NCBI GenBank assembly: GCA_964651225.1
Contig: CAZYYD010000014.1
Coordinates: forward strand, 798-64,797
DNA: 64,000 nt
Direction of reading: 5' to 3'
DNA from: an uncultured Ignavibacteriaceae bacterium
GTDB taxonomy: Bacteria > Bacteroidota > Ignavibacteria > UBA10030
Shown here: positions 50,599 through 61,679 of the stretch, in pieces
Position numbering within the stretch: position 1 is the stretch's first letter
Layout: each line of letters starts with the position of its first letter
Notes under the pieces: generated by a model
Databases searched by the model: none
What the model was told of the DNA's origin: nothing
What the model saw: only the letters and a program-made list of their open reading frames with translations
Program-made: the position numbers and the translations under genes

Positions 50599-51822
50599 CT
50601 ATTTCTTCTCCCCATGCACGCGGGGTTTGTAGCTACCGTTCGGAGTGATTGACTCTTTATACGGACTGTCCCAACTCTTGCGGAATATTTTTGAAAGTAT
50701 TCCTCCAAGAGAGGTACTTGTTCCGGTGATACCAAGATTACGGGAGGAATAAAAATAATTCTTCTCACAATTACTGGTACCGATCCAGAAAGCGGTTTCA
50801 TCTGCGACAATATATTTACAATGTTCAACTCGGGCATATGCGATGTATCCGCCTGACCATTCAGGTATAACGGTAAATGCCACTTCGATATTGGGGAGCG
50901 CTGCAAGTTCCTTGAGAGCCTTCATTGCAGATGATCCTTTAGCCCAATCGGCAACGATCATCTTAACTTTTACACCGCGAAATGCTGCTCTTCGAATAGC
51001 ATCGTCAATAATAGTGTACATCTCCCCGAGCCGTTCAAACGGGGAATATGCAAGGAATTGAAGGAGGAGAGAATTCTTTGCTCGATCAATCAATGCTACG
51101 AGAGCTCTTTCATCCCATAATGTGGAATCCGGAATGAAACCTATCGGACTGCATGTGGGGGCAACAATTGCCGTGTCACCTGCCTTGGTCAAAACACGGA
51201 CAGGTAATGAGTATCGTTTTGTCAATACCATGCGAGGCTGCTTGGTTTTCAATGGTTCAGCCGAAGCTTCCCAATCGAAGGAAAAAATATCCCGGTATAC
51301 TGATGCGATTTCCGTGTTTCGAAGCCTTAATCCGAGTTCATGAATTTGTTCCAACGCCCTCCAGTCAAAGTTCTGGCTCCCGACGAAGATTTCCACATCG
51401 TCAACAATAAAATATTTGGAATGTTGAATCCCGCCTCCGAGGTTGCTGAAATCAATGCGACGGGTTTCAATGTTGCGGCGTCGACCGAGACTGTCAATCG
51501 TTTCCGGATATGTCTTGTACATTCTGGCGTCGGCGATGATTCGAATTTTCACACCACGGTCTGCTGCACTGCATAGAGCCACGATGACATCACGAAGAGA
51601 TTTATCGGGTTCATCGGTGATATAAAACTGTTCGATATCGATTGATCGCTGAGCATGTCTGATCATCTCCAGCCACGTCTCTCTGGTGTTTCGGATATCG
51701 GTGTTATCCAGTATGGTTTCAATGGGAATGCTCTCAACGAGTTCAATTTCTGGAATCTGTCTATTTTGAGCAAAAAGGGAGGGAGCGATAGAAAGAGCAA
51801 CAGCGCAAAGCAAAACCTTCAT
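50599..51822 (-). CDS. secreted phospholipase D-family protein (PLD3-like)
   Basis: Signal peptide; ELVESIP; two HKD motifs QHSKYFIVD and EHCKYIVAD; GSQNFDWR, IGTSN. Confidence 0.88.
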   Translation of the reverse strand: MKVLLCAVALSIAPSLFAQNRQIPEIELVESIPIETILDNTDIRNTRETWLEMIRHAQRSIDIEQFYITDEPDKSLRDVIVALCSAADRGVKIRIIADARMYKTYPETIDSLGRRRNIETRRIDFSNLGGGIQHSKYFIVDDVEIFVGSQNFDWRALEQIHELGLRLRNTEIASVYRDIFSFDWEASAEPLKTKQPRMVLTKRYSLPVRVLTKAGDTAIVAPTCSPIGFIPDSTLWDERALVALIDRAKNSLLLQFLAYSPFERLGEMYTIIDDAIRRAAFRGVKVKMIVADWAKGSSAMKALKELAALPNIEVAFTVIPEWSGGYIAYARVEHCKYIVADETAFWIGTSNCEKNYFYSSRNLGITGTSTSLGGILSKIFRKSWDSPYKESITPNGSYKPRVHGEKK

Positions 51823-51894
51823 TGAATAATCTCCACGAGAAAGAAAAAGCGGTTCTCAATCACAGAACCGCCTCCCTGCAAAGACAACCCACCT

Positions 51895-52440
51895 CTATGG
51901 TAAGAGCACAGCTGACGCGACGACTGAAGTCCACAACCCATTCTTGTCACCTTCCGCAGACTGTGTGACATTGAATGTCCGAACGATCTTACCAGACATT
52001 TTAAATATCTTTTCGCGTTCATCCCAATTTGTATTGGGATCGAATTGTACACCGAGTGTCGTCGCCAGCATCGAAGCTGCAAGATCCTCAGCGTACTCTC
52101 CAGCCCGCTCATCAGTTTCGCCCCATGGATGGTGCTCGGAAAGATATCCGTACACGGAGTCATCTGCAGGCTGAGCAACGCCGATGGATGCTGCAATGAG
52201 TCGGTTCGGTTCATTGGTTGCATTCCGCGCCATCACGCAGAATGTGATTTGTCCGGCACTTAATAGCTTCGTGCCTTCATCTTTGGGAATGCGTTTGCAG
52301 CTGGGGGGATAAATACTCGACACCGTGACGAGATTGCACTTCTCAATCCCGGCATCTCGGAGAGCAAGCTCAAAGGATTGAAGATAATCTTTATGGCGGC
52401 CGACGCCTTTTGTAAAAAATATTTTTGTAGGAGTAAACAA
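51895..52440 (-). CDS. pdaD: pyruvoyl-dependent arginine decarboxylase
   Basis: [22 protein letters not shown] self-cleavage site, [17 protein letters not shown]. Confidence 0.9.
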   Translation of the reverse strand: MFTPTKIFFTKGVGRHKDYLQSFELALRDAGIEKCNLVTVSSIYPPSCKRIPKDEGTKLLSAGQITFCVMARNATNEPNRLIAASIGVAQPADDSVYGYLSEHHPWGETDERAGEYAEDLAASMLATTLGVQFDPNTNWDEREKIFKMSGKIVRTFNVTQSAEGDKNGLWTSVVASAVLLP

Positions 52441-52465
52441 TTTTTATCTCCGCTATGGTGACAGG

Positions 52466-53671
52466 TTATTTTTTAACTTTCAAAAAGCGCCGCTTGCCTA
52501 CCTTCAGGATGAACTCATCTTTTTCGGGCAGCGATGCGTTGGGATCTGAAATCCGATCGCCGTCGATCGTAACTCCGCCTTGATCAATTAGACGGCGGGC
52601 TTCGCCTTTTGAAGATGCCAGCTTCGACTCGGTCAACAGGGTGGTCATTGTCATGGCGTCATGCCGCTTGAATTCTTCAATGTTATCCGGAATGCTTCTT
52701 TCCACGAAGATCCGGTCGAATTCTTCTTCGGCAGCGGCAGCAGCATCCTTCGAATGATACATCTGTACGAGCGTTTTTGCAAGTCGCCGTTTCACATCCC
52801 GTGGATTGTGAAGGGGATTGTTCAGTGAAGTTTTAATTTCCAGTAATTCTTTTTTCGTCACATCGGTCGTCAATTCAAAATATTGATAGATCAATGTGTC
52901 AGGAATGCTCAGGGTCTTGCCGAAAATATCTTTCGGAGATTCGTTGATGCCGATATAATTGTCCAGCGATTTACTCATTTTCTCAATTCCGTCAGTGCCG
53001 GCGAGAATAGGCATCATAATGGTGACTTGTGGTTCTTGTCCGAATTCTCTCTGGATGTCCCGTCCGACCAGCAAGTTGAATTTCTGGTCGGTTCCGCCAA
53101 GTTCAACATCTGCTTGAATTGCCACAGAATCCATGGCCTGCGCAAGGGGGTAGAGGAATTCGTGTACACTGATGGGTTCACCAGCCTTATAGCGGGTCGT
53201 AAAGTCATCACGTTCGAGCATGCGAGCGACTGTGTATTTACTTGCCAGCCGAATAACATCGGAAAAACTCATTTTTCCCAGCCATTCGGAATTATACTGC
53301 ATCGTCACATGGTGGGTCGAAAGGATTTTGGTTGCCTGTTCGAAATATGTTTGCCCGTATTCACGGGTTTCTTCGATGGTCAATGAAGGGCGAGTTTTAC
53401 TTTTTCCCGAAGGATCGCCGATCATGCCGGTAAAATCACCGATGATGAGGATTGCTTGATGGCCGAGGTCCTGGAATTGACGAAGCTTGCGTAGAACAAC
53501 CGAGTGTCCGAGATGGAGATCTGGGCGGCTTGGATCGCAGCCAAGTTTGATGTTCAAAGGCTTTTTATACTTGAGAGAATACTCAAGTTTTTTGATCAGG
53601 GCTTCTTCTGAGATGATTTCGGCGATACCGCGCTTGATCACATCCATCTGTTCATTGATCGGAGGAAACAA
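52466..53671 (-). CDS. tyrS: tyrosine--tRNA ligase
   Basis: HLGH, KMSKS, GGTDQKFN, C-terminal S4 domain. Confidence 0.97.
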   Translation of the reverse strand: MFPPINEQMDVIKRGIAEIISEEALIKKLEYSLKYKKPLNIKLGCDPSRPDLHLGHSVVLRKLRQFQDLGHQAILIIGDFTGMIGDPSGKSKTRPSLTIEETREYGQTYFEQATKILSTHHVTMQYNSEWLGKMSFSDVIRLASKYTVARMLERDDFTTRYKAGEPISVHEFLYPLAQAMDSVAIQADVELGGTDQKFNLLVGRDIQREFGQEPQVTIMMPILAGTDGIEKMSKSLDNYIGINESPKDIFGKTLSIPDTLIYQYFELTTDVTKKELLEIKTSLNNPLHNPRDVKRRLAKTLVQMYHSKDAAAAAEEEFDRIFVERSIPDNIEEFKRHDAMTMTTLLTESKLASSKGEARRLIDQGGVTIDGDRISDPNASLPEKDEFILKVGKRRFLKVKK

Positions 53672-53674
53672 TGC

Positions 53675-54136
53675 TTAGACTTTACTCCTTCTTAATCGTG
53701 CAATGTCGCGGTCTGCATCACGTTTGGCAATCGCCTCGCGTTTATCGTAACTCTTTTTCCCCCGCGCGAGTGCTAATTCCACTTTTGCGTATGGTCCTTT
53801 GAAATAAACCGAAAGGGCTACCATGGTCAATCCTTTTTCCTTCATCCCGCCGATGAGTTTTCGTATTTGCTTTCTTTGCAGCAGGAGCTTCCGTTTTCGC
53901 CTTGGTTCATGGTTATTAATATTACCTTGTTCATAAGGACTAATGTGCATTCCCTCCAGCCAGATCTCACCGTTTCGCAATTCAGCGTAACTATCTTGGA
54001 GATTTGCATTCCCTTTCCGTAGCGATTTCACCTCCGTGCCGGTAAGGACAATCCCGGCTTCCATTGCTTCGATGATGAAATACTCATGCCGCGCTTTGCG
54101 GTTGCTTATGGTGACTCGTTGTGGTGCCTCAGCCAT
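53675..54136 (-). CDS. smpB: SsrA-binding protein
   Basis: NRKARHEY, GTEVKSLR, RKLLL, GKKSYDKR. Confidence 0.97.
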   Translation of the reverse strand: MAEAPQRVTISNRKARHEYFIIEAMEAGIVLTGTEVKSLRKGNANLQDSYAELRNGEIWLEGMHISPYEQGNINNHEPRRKRKLLLQRKQIRKLIGGMKEKGLTMVALSVYFKGPYAKVELALARGKKSYDKREAIAKRDADRDIARLRRSKV

Positions 54137-54152
54137 CCGCTCTTTTTATTTT

Positions 54153-54181
54153 AACATACCTGAAAAGTGAAAAAGAATCAA
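54153..54181 (-). promoter_or_regulatory. sigma70 promoter of smpB-tyrS-pdaD
   Basis: TTGATT-N17-TATGTT on the - strand. Confidence 0.55.
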
Positions 54182-54332
54182 TGAGAATTCGAATTATCTG
54201 CGATGAGAAAAATTTCATCATGGTGGAGTTGACAGGAGTTCGCCATGACCGGAGAGACCCGGAAGTGGGGAACTTAGAGAGAATGATTCATCGTTGGATA
54301 GAGGAAAGAGCAAGGAAGTGAGCGGAAGCGTT

Positions 54333-54361
54333 TTGCCTTTCGGAACTCTTCTGACTATATT
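54333..54361 (+). promoter_or_regulatory. sigma70 promoter of the lpdA operon
   Basis: TTGCCT-N17-TATATT. Confidence 0.65.
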
Positions 54362-54401
54362 AAGAAGGAAATTGAATACTACTTCCAGTGGAAGGATTAC
54401 C

Positions 54402-55796
54402 ATGGCAGAACGACAATTTGATGTAACGGTGATTGGCAGCGGTCCGGGTGGATATGTAGCCGCGATCAGAGCAGCACAACTGGGGATGAAAGTCGGTCTT
54501 GTAGAGCGTGATAAATTGGGCGGTATATGCCTCAATTGGGGCTGTATTCCCTCAAAAGCACTCCTCAAAAGCGCTGAAGTATATACTATGATGAAGAAAT
54601 CGGAGGAATTTGGAATTTCCCATACAGGGTTGTCGTATGATTTTTCCAAGATCATTTCCCGCAGCCGCGGTGTCGCCGACCGGATTTCCAAAGGTGTTGA
54701 ATTTTTGATGAAAAAAAACAAGATCGATGTTATTTCCGGAACAGCAAAGATATCCGGGAGGAACTCGATCGAGGTGCTGAACAATGGTGTCTTGACCGAA
54801 ACCATCAAAACGAAGAATATTATCCTTGCGACTGGTGCAAGACCGAGATCGGTGCCGGGAGTGAGCATCGACAGGAAAAAGATAATCACAAGTTCGGAAG
54901 CAATGAGCCTTCCTGAACAGCCAAAATCAATGATCGTGATTGGCGGCGGCGCTATCGGGATTGAATTTGCGTATTTCTACAACTCGTTCGGTACGAAGAT
55001 GACGGTCGTTGAAATGCTGCCATCGATCCTGCCATATGAAGATAAAGAGATTACAAAACTTCTTGAAGCCAGTCTGAAGAAATCAGGAATGGATATCCTT
55101 ACTGGGACAAAGGTGGAAGGAGCCAAGGTTGGCGAACAAGTGACCGTGACGGTCTCCGATCAGAATGGCAGGAAAGATATTACCGCGGATGTTGCATTGA
55201 TGGCAGTCGGTGTTCAAGCGAACAGTGAAAATCTCGGACTCGAGGCGGTCGGCGTAAAGACCGAACGTGGATTTATCTCCGTCAATGAATTCAATAAGAC
55301 AAACATCGATAGGATCTATGCTATAGGAGATGTCTCCGGTCCTCCATTGCTTGCCCACGTCGCTTCGCAGGAAGGATTGGTTGCCGTTGATCATATTGCC
55401 GGAAGGGCAAAGCATGGTATCGATAGGTTGAATATACCAAGCTGCACTTATTGTCAGCCGCAGGTTGCCAGCGTTGGGATGACCGAAGAAGCCGCAGTCG
55501 CCCAGGGGTATAAAGTGAAGGTCGGGCGTTTCCCGTTTCGTCCGCTTGGCAAAGCATTGGCGATCGGTGAAACAGAAGGAACCGTGAAACTCATTTTTGA
55601 TGAAAAGTTTGGCGAATTGCTAGGTGCGCACATTATAGGATCTGAAGCGACAGAAATGATTGCCGAATTGGGAATTGCCAAAGCACTTGAAACGACATGG
55701 GAAGAGTTGCATAACACCATGCACGCGCATCCAACACTGTCAGAAGCAGTGATGGAAGCAGCCGGTCAGGCATTTAATGTCGCCATTCACATATAG
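54402..55796 (+). CDS. lpdA: dihydrolipoyl dehydrogenase (E3)
   Basis: GSGPGGY, GGICLNWGCIPSK, GGGAIG, HAHPTLSE. Confidence 0.97.
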   Translation: MAERQFDVTVIGSGPGGYVAAIRAAQLGMKVGLVERDKLGGICLNWGCIPSKALLKSAEVYTMMKKSEEFGISHTGLSYDFSKIISRSRGVADRISKGVEFLMKKNKIDVISGTAKISGRNSIEVLNNGVLTETIKTKNIILATGARPRSVPGVSIDRKKIITSSEAMSLPEQPKSMIVIGGGAIGIEFAYFYNSFGTKMTVVEMLPSILPYEDKEITKLLEASLKKSGMDILTGTKVEGAKVGEQVTVTVSDQNGRKDITADVALMAVGVQANSENLGLEAVGVKTERGFISVNEFNKTNIDRIYAIGDVSGPPLLAHVASQEGLVAVDHIAGRAKHGIDRLNIPSCTYCQPQVASVGMTEEAAVAQGYKVKVGRFPFRPLGKALAIGETEGTVKLIFDEKFGELLGAHIIGSEATEMIAELGIAKALETTWEELHNTMHAHPTLSEAVMEAAGQAFNVAIHI

Positions 55797-56538
55797 GGAA
55801 TCCAGCAAGATTAAATCAGTGATTCCTATCCTTGTTGCAAATATTCATCGCACCCGATATGAGGACGTGTGGATGCTCCAAAAAAAAATGTGGGCATTCA
55901 GACAATCCGGCGCGATAGGGGATATCCTGCTGTTCACGGAACATGAACCAGTCTACACTCTCGGTAAAAGCAGCGACGATAATCATCTTCTCGCTTCGCA
56001 AGCGGAGTTGAAAGCCGGTGGTATCGATGTTTTCCATATTGATCGCGGCGGTGATATCACGTATCATGGTCCGGGTCAAATTGTTGGATATCCTATCCTC
56101 GACCTGAAGAAGTACTCCCCTGATATCCATTGGTATTTACGCAATCTTGAAGAAGTTATCATTCGGACATTATCGAAATTTGGCATAGCTGCACGACGGG
56201 AGGACGAATTAACAGGTGTCTGGGTCAACAGCGAAAAAATTGCAGCGATCGGCATAAAAGTCAGCCGATGGGTGACGATGCACGGTTTTGCCCTGAACGT
56301 GAATACGGATCTGACAAAATTTGATCGGATTATTCCGTGTGGCATATTTCATAAAGGGGTAACATCGATGAACCGGGTGTTAGGACAGGATGTTAGTGTT
56401 AGTGCTGTACAGGATAGTCTCATAGAATCATTTGCAGAAGTCTTTTTGTGCCAACCTCAATGGATCACGAAATCTGAACTGGACAATCTGACAATGAGGT
56501 TAAATCTTCAGTCGGTGGCAGAAGAGGGTATTCTATAG
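55777..56538 (+). CDS. lipB: octanoyltransferase
   Basis: EHEPVYTLG, DRGGDITYHGPGQ, KIAAIG, HGFALN, IIPCG. Start uncertain. Confidence 0.95.
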   Translation: MSPFTYRESSKIKSVIPILVANIHRTRYEDVWMLQKKMWAFRQSGAIGDILLFTEHEPVYTLGKSSDDNHLLASQAELKAGGIDVFHIDRGGDITYHGPGQIVGYPILDLKKYSPDIHWYLRNLEEVIIRTLSKFGIAARREDELTGVWVNSEKIAAIGIKVSRWVTMHGFALNVNTDLTKFDRIIPCGIFHKGVTSMNRVLGQDVSVSAVQDSLIESFAEVFLCQPQWITKSELDNLTMRLNLQSVAEEGIL

Positions 56539-56605
56539 AATTCTCTCACTGGTGGAAACATAGGCGGCACCATTCATTCTTAAATCAAATGGAGTACCCT
56601 GCAGC

Positions 56606-58654
56606 GTGAAGAAGGTGAAGGAAACGAAATCAGCCGATGCCATAAACCTGGTTGGACTTTCGAAAGAAGAGTTGATCCAAGCGTATCGGATCATGCTGCT
56701 TTCACGGCGAATGGATGAGAAGCAGCAGACGTTGTTAAAGCAAGGGAAAGTATTTTTTCATATTGGCGGATCAGGGCACGAAGCAGCCCAGATCGCAGCA
56801 GCAGCGTCGTTGAAGCCCGGTCATGACTGGGCTTTTCCATATTATCGGGATCAGGCCTTTGTCCTTCGATATGGGATGACACCGGAAGAAATCATGCTGT
56901 CAGCACTTCACCGGGCTGAAGAACCGGGGAGCGGCGGAAGACAAATGCCGGGGCATTTTGGTAAAAAGGAGCTTCGCATCATTACACAATCCAGTCCAAC
57001 CGGCACTCAATATCTCCAGGCGGTAGGAATGGCTTTGGCGGCGAAGAAAGAGAAAACGGATGAGGTCGTGTACGTTTCTTCGGGTGAAGGAGCAACGAGC
57101 GAAGGTGAATTCTTCGAGGCAGTCAATTGGGCTGCAAGGGAGTTGTTGCCGGTTATCTTTTTTATTCAGGACAATAAACTAGCTATATCTGTGCCGGTCA
57201 CAAATCAAACTGCCGGTGGTTCCGTCTATGAGGTCGCAAAGGGATTTCAAGGGCTTGAACGTTTTCAATGCGATGGCACGGATTTCCTTGAGTCATTTCA
57301 TACTATGCAGAGCGCTGTGCATCGTGCCCGTACAAATGGAGGCCCATCGTTGATTCGCGCTCATGTTGTACGGCTTCTTCCTCATTCCTCTTCTGATGAT
57401 CAGCGGAAATACCGGAAACCGGAAGATATTGAGATGGATAAAAAACGCGATCCTATCCCGCGGATGACCAATGATCTTATAGGGGGTGGATATATAACGG
57501 AGAGCGAAATTACCGCATTGAAGGAAGAAGTAAAGCAGACCGTAGAAGCTGCCGCAGATTGGGCGGAAAGCCGGCCTGTTCCTGATGCATCGACAGTCTT
57601 GAACCAAGTTTATGGTTCCTCTCATGGGGACCCCCCCAGAGAATTTGTTGAGCCGGTTCATACAGGCAGTAAAATTGTCATGGTCGATGCTATCAATCAT
57701 GCCTTGAACGAAGAGATGGAAAGCAACCCCAAAATGGTTGTCTTCGGTGAAGATGTCGCTGACGGAAAAGGTGGCGTCTTTACAGCAACGAAAGGATTGC
57801 TCACAAAGTACGGAATCGAACGGACTTTCAATTCACCGCTGGCGGAAGCTAGTATTATCGGCATTGCGATTGGGATGGCCTTAAAAGGATGGACTCCCGT
57901 TCCTGAAATTCAATTTGGCGATTATATTTGGCCCGCGTTTATGCAAATCCGCGATGAGATGGCCATGATACGGTATCGCTCCAATGGACTGTGGACATGC
58001 CCATTGGTCGTTCGGGTTCCTGTTGGAGGATATATTCACGGCGGATTGTATCACAGCCAGTGCATTGAGGGGATCATGGCACATATTCCGGGAATTCGTT
58101 TAGTCTTTCCTTCAACAGCTGCCGATGCGAAAGGATTATTGAAGTCTGCGATCCGGGGCGATGATCCGGTACTCTTCATGGAACATAAAGGATTGTATCG
58201 TCAGGGATATTCTTCCAGTCCTGAACCAGATGCTCACTATTCACTTCCGCTAGGGGTCGCTGCAGTCCGATGCGAAGGGAGCGACATCACGATCATAACG
58301 TATGGGGCGATGGTGCAGCAATCCCTGGAGGCAGCACGGGTTATGGAGACCAAAGGAGTGAGTGTGGAAGTTATCGATTTACGCACCCTCAATCCATTAG
58401 ATGAAGAGTCGATCTATCGTTCTGTGAAGAAAACCAGCAGAGTGGCAGTGATTCATGAAGATACATTTACAGCAGGCTTTGGTGCGGAGATCGTTGCTAG
58501 AATAACGAAGGATTGTTTTGAATATCTTGATGCACCCATTGTGCGGGTGGCAGCGCTTGACTCGCCTATCCCTTATAGCCCGCCGCTGGAAGATGCTATG
58601 CTGCCGAACAAACAAAAAATTATCACTGCACTTGAACAGCTTGCTGCGTACTAA
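56606..58654 (+). CDS. 2-oxoacid (probably branched-chain) dehydrogenase E1, fused alpha/beta
   Basis: GHEA, PYYRD, GEGATSEG...N TPP motif, HSSSDD; beta part GEDV, SPLAE, EIQFGDY, YHSQ, IDLRTL. Confidence 0.93.
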   Translation: MKKVKETKSADAINLVGLSKEELIQAYRIMLLSRRMDEKQQTLLKQGKVFFHIGGSGHEAAQIAAAASLKPGHDWAFPYYRDQAFVLRYGMTPEEIMLSALHRAEEPGSGGRQMPGHFGKKELRIITQSSPTGTQYLQAVGMALAAKKEKTDEVVYVSSGEGATSEGEFFEAVNWAARELLPVIFFIQDNKLAISVPVTNQTAGGSVYEVAKGFQGLERFQCDGTDFLESFHTMQSAVHRARTNGGPSLIRAHVVRLLPHSSSDDQRKYRKPEDIEMDKKRDPIPRMTNDLIGGGYITESEITALKEEVKQTVEAAADWAESRPVPDASTVLNQVYGSSHGDPPREFVEPVHTGSKIVMVDAINHALNEEMESNPKMVVFGEDVADGKGGVFTATKGLLTKYGIERTFNSPLAEASIIGIAIGMALKGWTPVPEIQFGDYIWPAFMQIRDEMAMIRYRSNGLWTCPLVVRVPVGGYIHGGLYHSQCIEGIMAHIPGIRLVFPSTAADAKGLLKSAIRGDDPVLFMEHKGLYRQGYSSSPEPDAHYSLPLGVAAVRCEGSDITIITYGAMVQQSLEAARVMETKGVSVEVIDLRTLNPLDEESIYRSVKKTSRVAVIHEDTFTAGFGAEIVARITKDCFEYLDAPIVRVAALDSPIPYSPPLEDAMLPNKQKIITALEQLAAY

Positions 58655-58804
58655 TGGCACGCTAAGAAAGAAATCTTGTGTTTTATGTCGATAGTCCATA
58701 CAAAAAGGTCCCGCTCGATTTAAGAGCGGGATGCCCGTTTCCATTGGTCATCACAAATCAAAACATCATGCTAGGTAATGGAAACAGCACGAGAAAGGAC
58801 ATCT

Positions 58805-60115
58805 ATGCAAGTTGAAATCATCATGCCGAAGATGGGCGAAAGTATTCAAGAGGGAACCATCCTTCATTGGGCGAAAAAGATAGGCGAAAAAGTCGAGAAA
58901 GATGAGACAATTCTCGAAATCAGTACAGACAAGGTTGATTCTGAAATTCCCTCGTCGGTGAGCGGCATCCTGATGAAGATCGTTGTCAAGGAGCAGGAAA
59001 CAGTCCCCGTTGGGACTGTTATCGCCTATATTGAGACTGACCCTTCAAAAGGAAAACTTGATGTCCAGGAAGTAATGTCGGAATCCATAAGAAAGGATCA
59101 ACCTGAAAAAATTGCCGATGTTCAAGCTCAAGGACAAATCCCGGTGAGTGATCCATTGAGCGGGAAGCGGTTCCATCGATGGTATTCACCATTAGTAAAA
59201 ACCATAGCCAGGAAGGAAGGAGTTGGTGAAGCCGAACTCAGTCAGATTGCCGGTACCGGATCAAATGGCAGAGTCACGAAGCACGATATTCTCTTCTATC
59301 TGGAACAGAGGGAAGTCAAAGAAATGGCTGTTCCCTCAAAGGGACACACGAGCATCAGACAAAGCACTGATTGGGAGTTGTTAACGAAGAAGTACCAGGC
59401 ACCAAGGTATACCGTTGTCCGAATGGATAATCTCCAGAGAAAAATGTCCGAACACATGGTGCGAAGTGTATCGACTTCCCCTCATGTCACGGTAGTCGAC
59501 GAAGTGGATATGACCTCGATTGTGAACTTTCGTTTGAGTATATTAGAGAGGTTTGAGAAGAACCATGGCTTCAAGTTGACATTGACACCGTTCTTTACAA
59601 TTGCCGCGATACAAGCGCTGAAGGAATTTCCGATTGCGAATAGCTCGGTTGAGGGTGATGTAATCATCTATAAGAATTTCATCAATCTGGGGATAGCCGT
59701 TGCTGCACCGAATGGTTTAATAGTCCCTGTTGTGCGCAATGCTGGAGAGAAGAATTTTCTGGAACTGGCTCGGTCATTGACAGATCTCGCTGTCCGGGCA
59801 AGGACAAAGAAACTCATGCCGGACGAAATTGTCGATGGAACGTTCTCTATCACGAATTATGGTGTTTTCGGAAATATCCTGGGAACACCAATCATTAACC
59901 AGCCTCAAGTGGCGATACTGGGAGTTGGAGCGATTAAACAAAGGCCTGTCGTGCTGGCTAATGACACCGGTGGTGACTCCATAGGAATTCGCTCGATGAC
60001 TTACCTCACACTTTCTTTTGATCATCGAGTCATTGATGGTGCGATGGGCGGGCAATGCATCTCGCGTATGAAATGGTATTTAGAGCATTGTAACTTTGAT
60101 ATGGTGAATGTGTGA
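58805..60115 (+). CDS. dihydrolipoamide acyltransferase (E2)
   Basis: Lipoyl domain MPKMGES...STDKVDSE, E3-binding [10 protein letters not shown], catalytic FDHRVIDG. Confidence 0.95.
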   Translation: MQVEIIMPKMGESIQEGTILHWAKKIGEKVEKDETILEISTDKVDSEIPSSVSGILMKIVVKEQETVPVGTVIAYIETDPSKGKLDVQEVMSESIRKDQPEKIADVQAQGQIPVSDPLSGKRFHRWYSPLVKTIARKEGVGEAELSQIAGTGSNGRVTKHDILFYLEQREVKEMAVPSKGHTSIRQSTDWELLTKKYQAPRYTVVRMDNLQRKMSEHMVRSVSTSPHVTVVDEVDMTSIVNFRLSILERFEKNHGFKLTLTPFFTIAAIQALKEFPIANSSVEGDVIIYKNFINLGIAVAAPNGLIVPVVRNAGEKNFLELARSLTDLAVRARTKKLMPDEIVDGTFSITNYGVFGNILGTPIINQPQVAILGVGAIKQRPVVLANDTGGDSIGIRSMTYLTLSFDHRVIDGAMGGQCISRMKWYLEHCNFDMVNV

Positions 60116-60999
60116 CAAGAGAAGGTCGCGAAAATAGTACTGACACCGCAGCAGTAACACACTTGAGACGTCCTGAGTGGTTGAAAGCAAAGATTCCCGG
60201 CGGAAACGAGTATGTGCGTCTGGATAGTATTCTGCGTTCCCACAAATTACATACAGTCTGCGAAGAAGCCCGTTGTCCGAATAAGGGCGAATGTTGGAAT
60301 TTAGGTACTGCAACTTTCATGATTCTTGGCGATATTTGTACCAGGTCATGCGGGTTTTGCGCCGTCAAAACAGGCAGGCCGGAGTATGGATTAGACTGGG
60401 ATGAACCGCGCCGAGTCGTTGAAGCTGTCGAATTGATGAAGATCCGGCATGCAGTCATTACGTCAGTCAATCGTGATGAACGGGATGATGGCGGAGCGCC
60501 CATCTTTGCTGAAACGATAAAATTGATCCATGAGCGTGTCCCGAAATGCAAAGTGGAAGTACTGGTTCCGGATTTTAAAGGAAATGAAAAAGCTCTTGAT
60601 ATCGTACTTTCAGCGAATCCGGATATCTTAAATCATAATCTGGAAACTGTGCCGCGGCTGTATCGAATGATCCGTCCGCAGGCAAATTATCGGCAATCGC
60701 TGGAAGTGCTCGAGAGGGCAAAGCGGAAGGGATTTGTAATAAAAACAGGATTGATGCTTGGTGTTGGGGAATGTACGGAAGAGGTTCTTCAAGTAATGAA
60801 CGACACACGCGCTGTGCAGTGCGATATCCTGACCATAGGCCAGTATCTTCAGCCGACAAAGGACCATGTGCCGATCGATCGTTATGCTCATCCCGATGAA
60901 TTCAAAATGCTCAAGGAAGAAGGATTGTCTATGGGATTCAGGCATGTTGAGTCTGGTCCTTTGGTGCGGAGTTCATATCATGCAGCAGGACAGGTTTAA
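60112..60999 (+). CDS. lipA: lipoyl synthase
   Basis: [24 protein letters not shown]. Confidence 0.97.
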   Translation: MTREGRENSTDTAAVTHLRRPEWLKAKIPGGNEYVRLDSILRSHKLHTVCEEARCPNKGECWNLGTATFMILGDICTRSCGFCAVKTGRPEYGLDWDEPRRVVEAVELMKIRHAVITSVNRDERDDGGAPIFAETIKLIHERVPKCKVEVLVPDFKGNEKALDIVLSANPDILNHNLETVPRLYRMIRPQANYRQSLEVLERAKRKGFVIKTGLMLGVGECTEEVLQVMNDTRAVQCDILTIGQYLQPTKDHVPIDRYAHPDEFKMLKEEGLSMGFRHVESGPLVRSSYHAAGQV

Positions 61000-61005
61000 G
61001 GGAAT

Positions 61006-61677
61006 ATGATCACAAAATATGGATATGATGTATATTTCACTATAGCTGCAGTCTGCGTTGTGATCGTTGTCCTGGCGCTCCTGTTTGTCGAACCGAAATC
61101 ATATCGATACTCGCTCATTGTTGTATCACTGGCATTCCTTGGCTTTACAACAAACTTCTTCCGTGACCCGGAGCGTGCTACACCAAAGGGCGAACATCTT
61201 ATCATTGCTCCGGCAGATGGCAGGGTTGTCACTGTAAAGAAAATTCATGATGAAGAGTTCTTTCATAGCGATGTCTGGCAAATAAGTATTTTTATGTCAC
61301 CGCTCAATGTTCATGTGAACCGCAATCCTGTGACGGGAATCGTCAAGCATACACGATATGTCAAGGGCGAATATTTCGCGGCATTCGAAGATAAAGCCTC
61401 GGAAAGGAACGAACAAATGATTGTGGGACTCGAGGGCGTATCTGGGAAGGTGATGGTCAAGCAGATAGCCGGATTCGTTGCACGGAGAATTGTTTGTCCA
61501 TTAAAACCGGGCGATCCGGTAACCGCAGGTGAGCGGTTCGGTATGATCAAGTTCGGCTCTCGCGTAGACCTATTTCTGCCCCTTTCAACGACGATTCGAT
61601 CAGCGCTGGGGGATGTAACAAAGGCTGGCGAGACGATTGTGGGAGAATACTCTCAGAACCTACCGGAGAAGAAATAA
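61006..61677 (+). CDS. psd: phosphatidylserine decarboxylase
   Basis: FFRDPER, APADG, IFMSPLNVHVNR, FGSRVD. Confidence 0.93.
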   Translation: MITKYGYDVYFTIAAVCVVIVVLALLFVEPKSYRYSLIVVSLAFLGFTTNFFRDPERATPKGEHLIIAPADGRVVTVKKIHDEEFFHSDVWQISIFMSPLNVHVNRNPVTGIVKHTRYVKGEYFAAFEDKASERNEQMIVGLEGVSGKVMVKQIAGFVARRIVCPLKPGDPVTAGERFGMIKFGSRVDLFLPLSTTIRSALGDVTKAGETIVGEYSQNLPEKK

Positions 61678-61679
61678 TT

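Noticed and set aside
56606-58654. Fused E1 alpha/beta as a novelty
   Set aside because: Common architecture in Bacteroidota and Chlamydiota.
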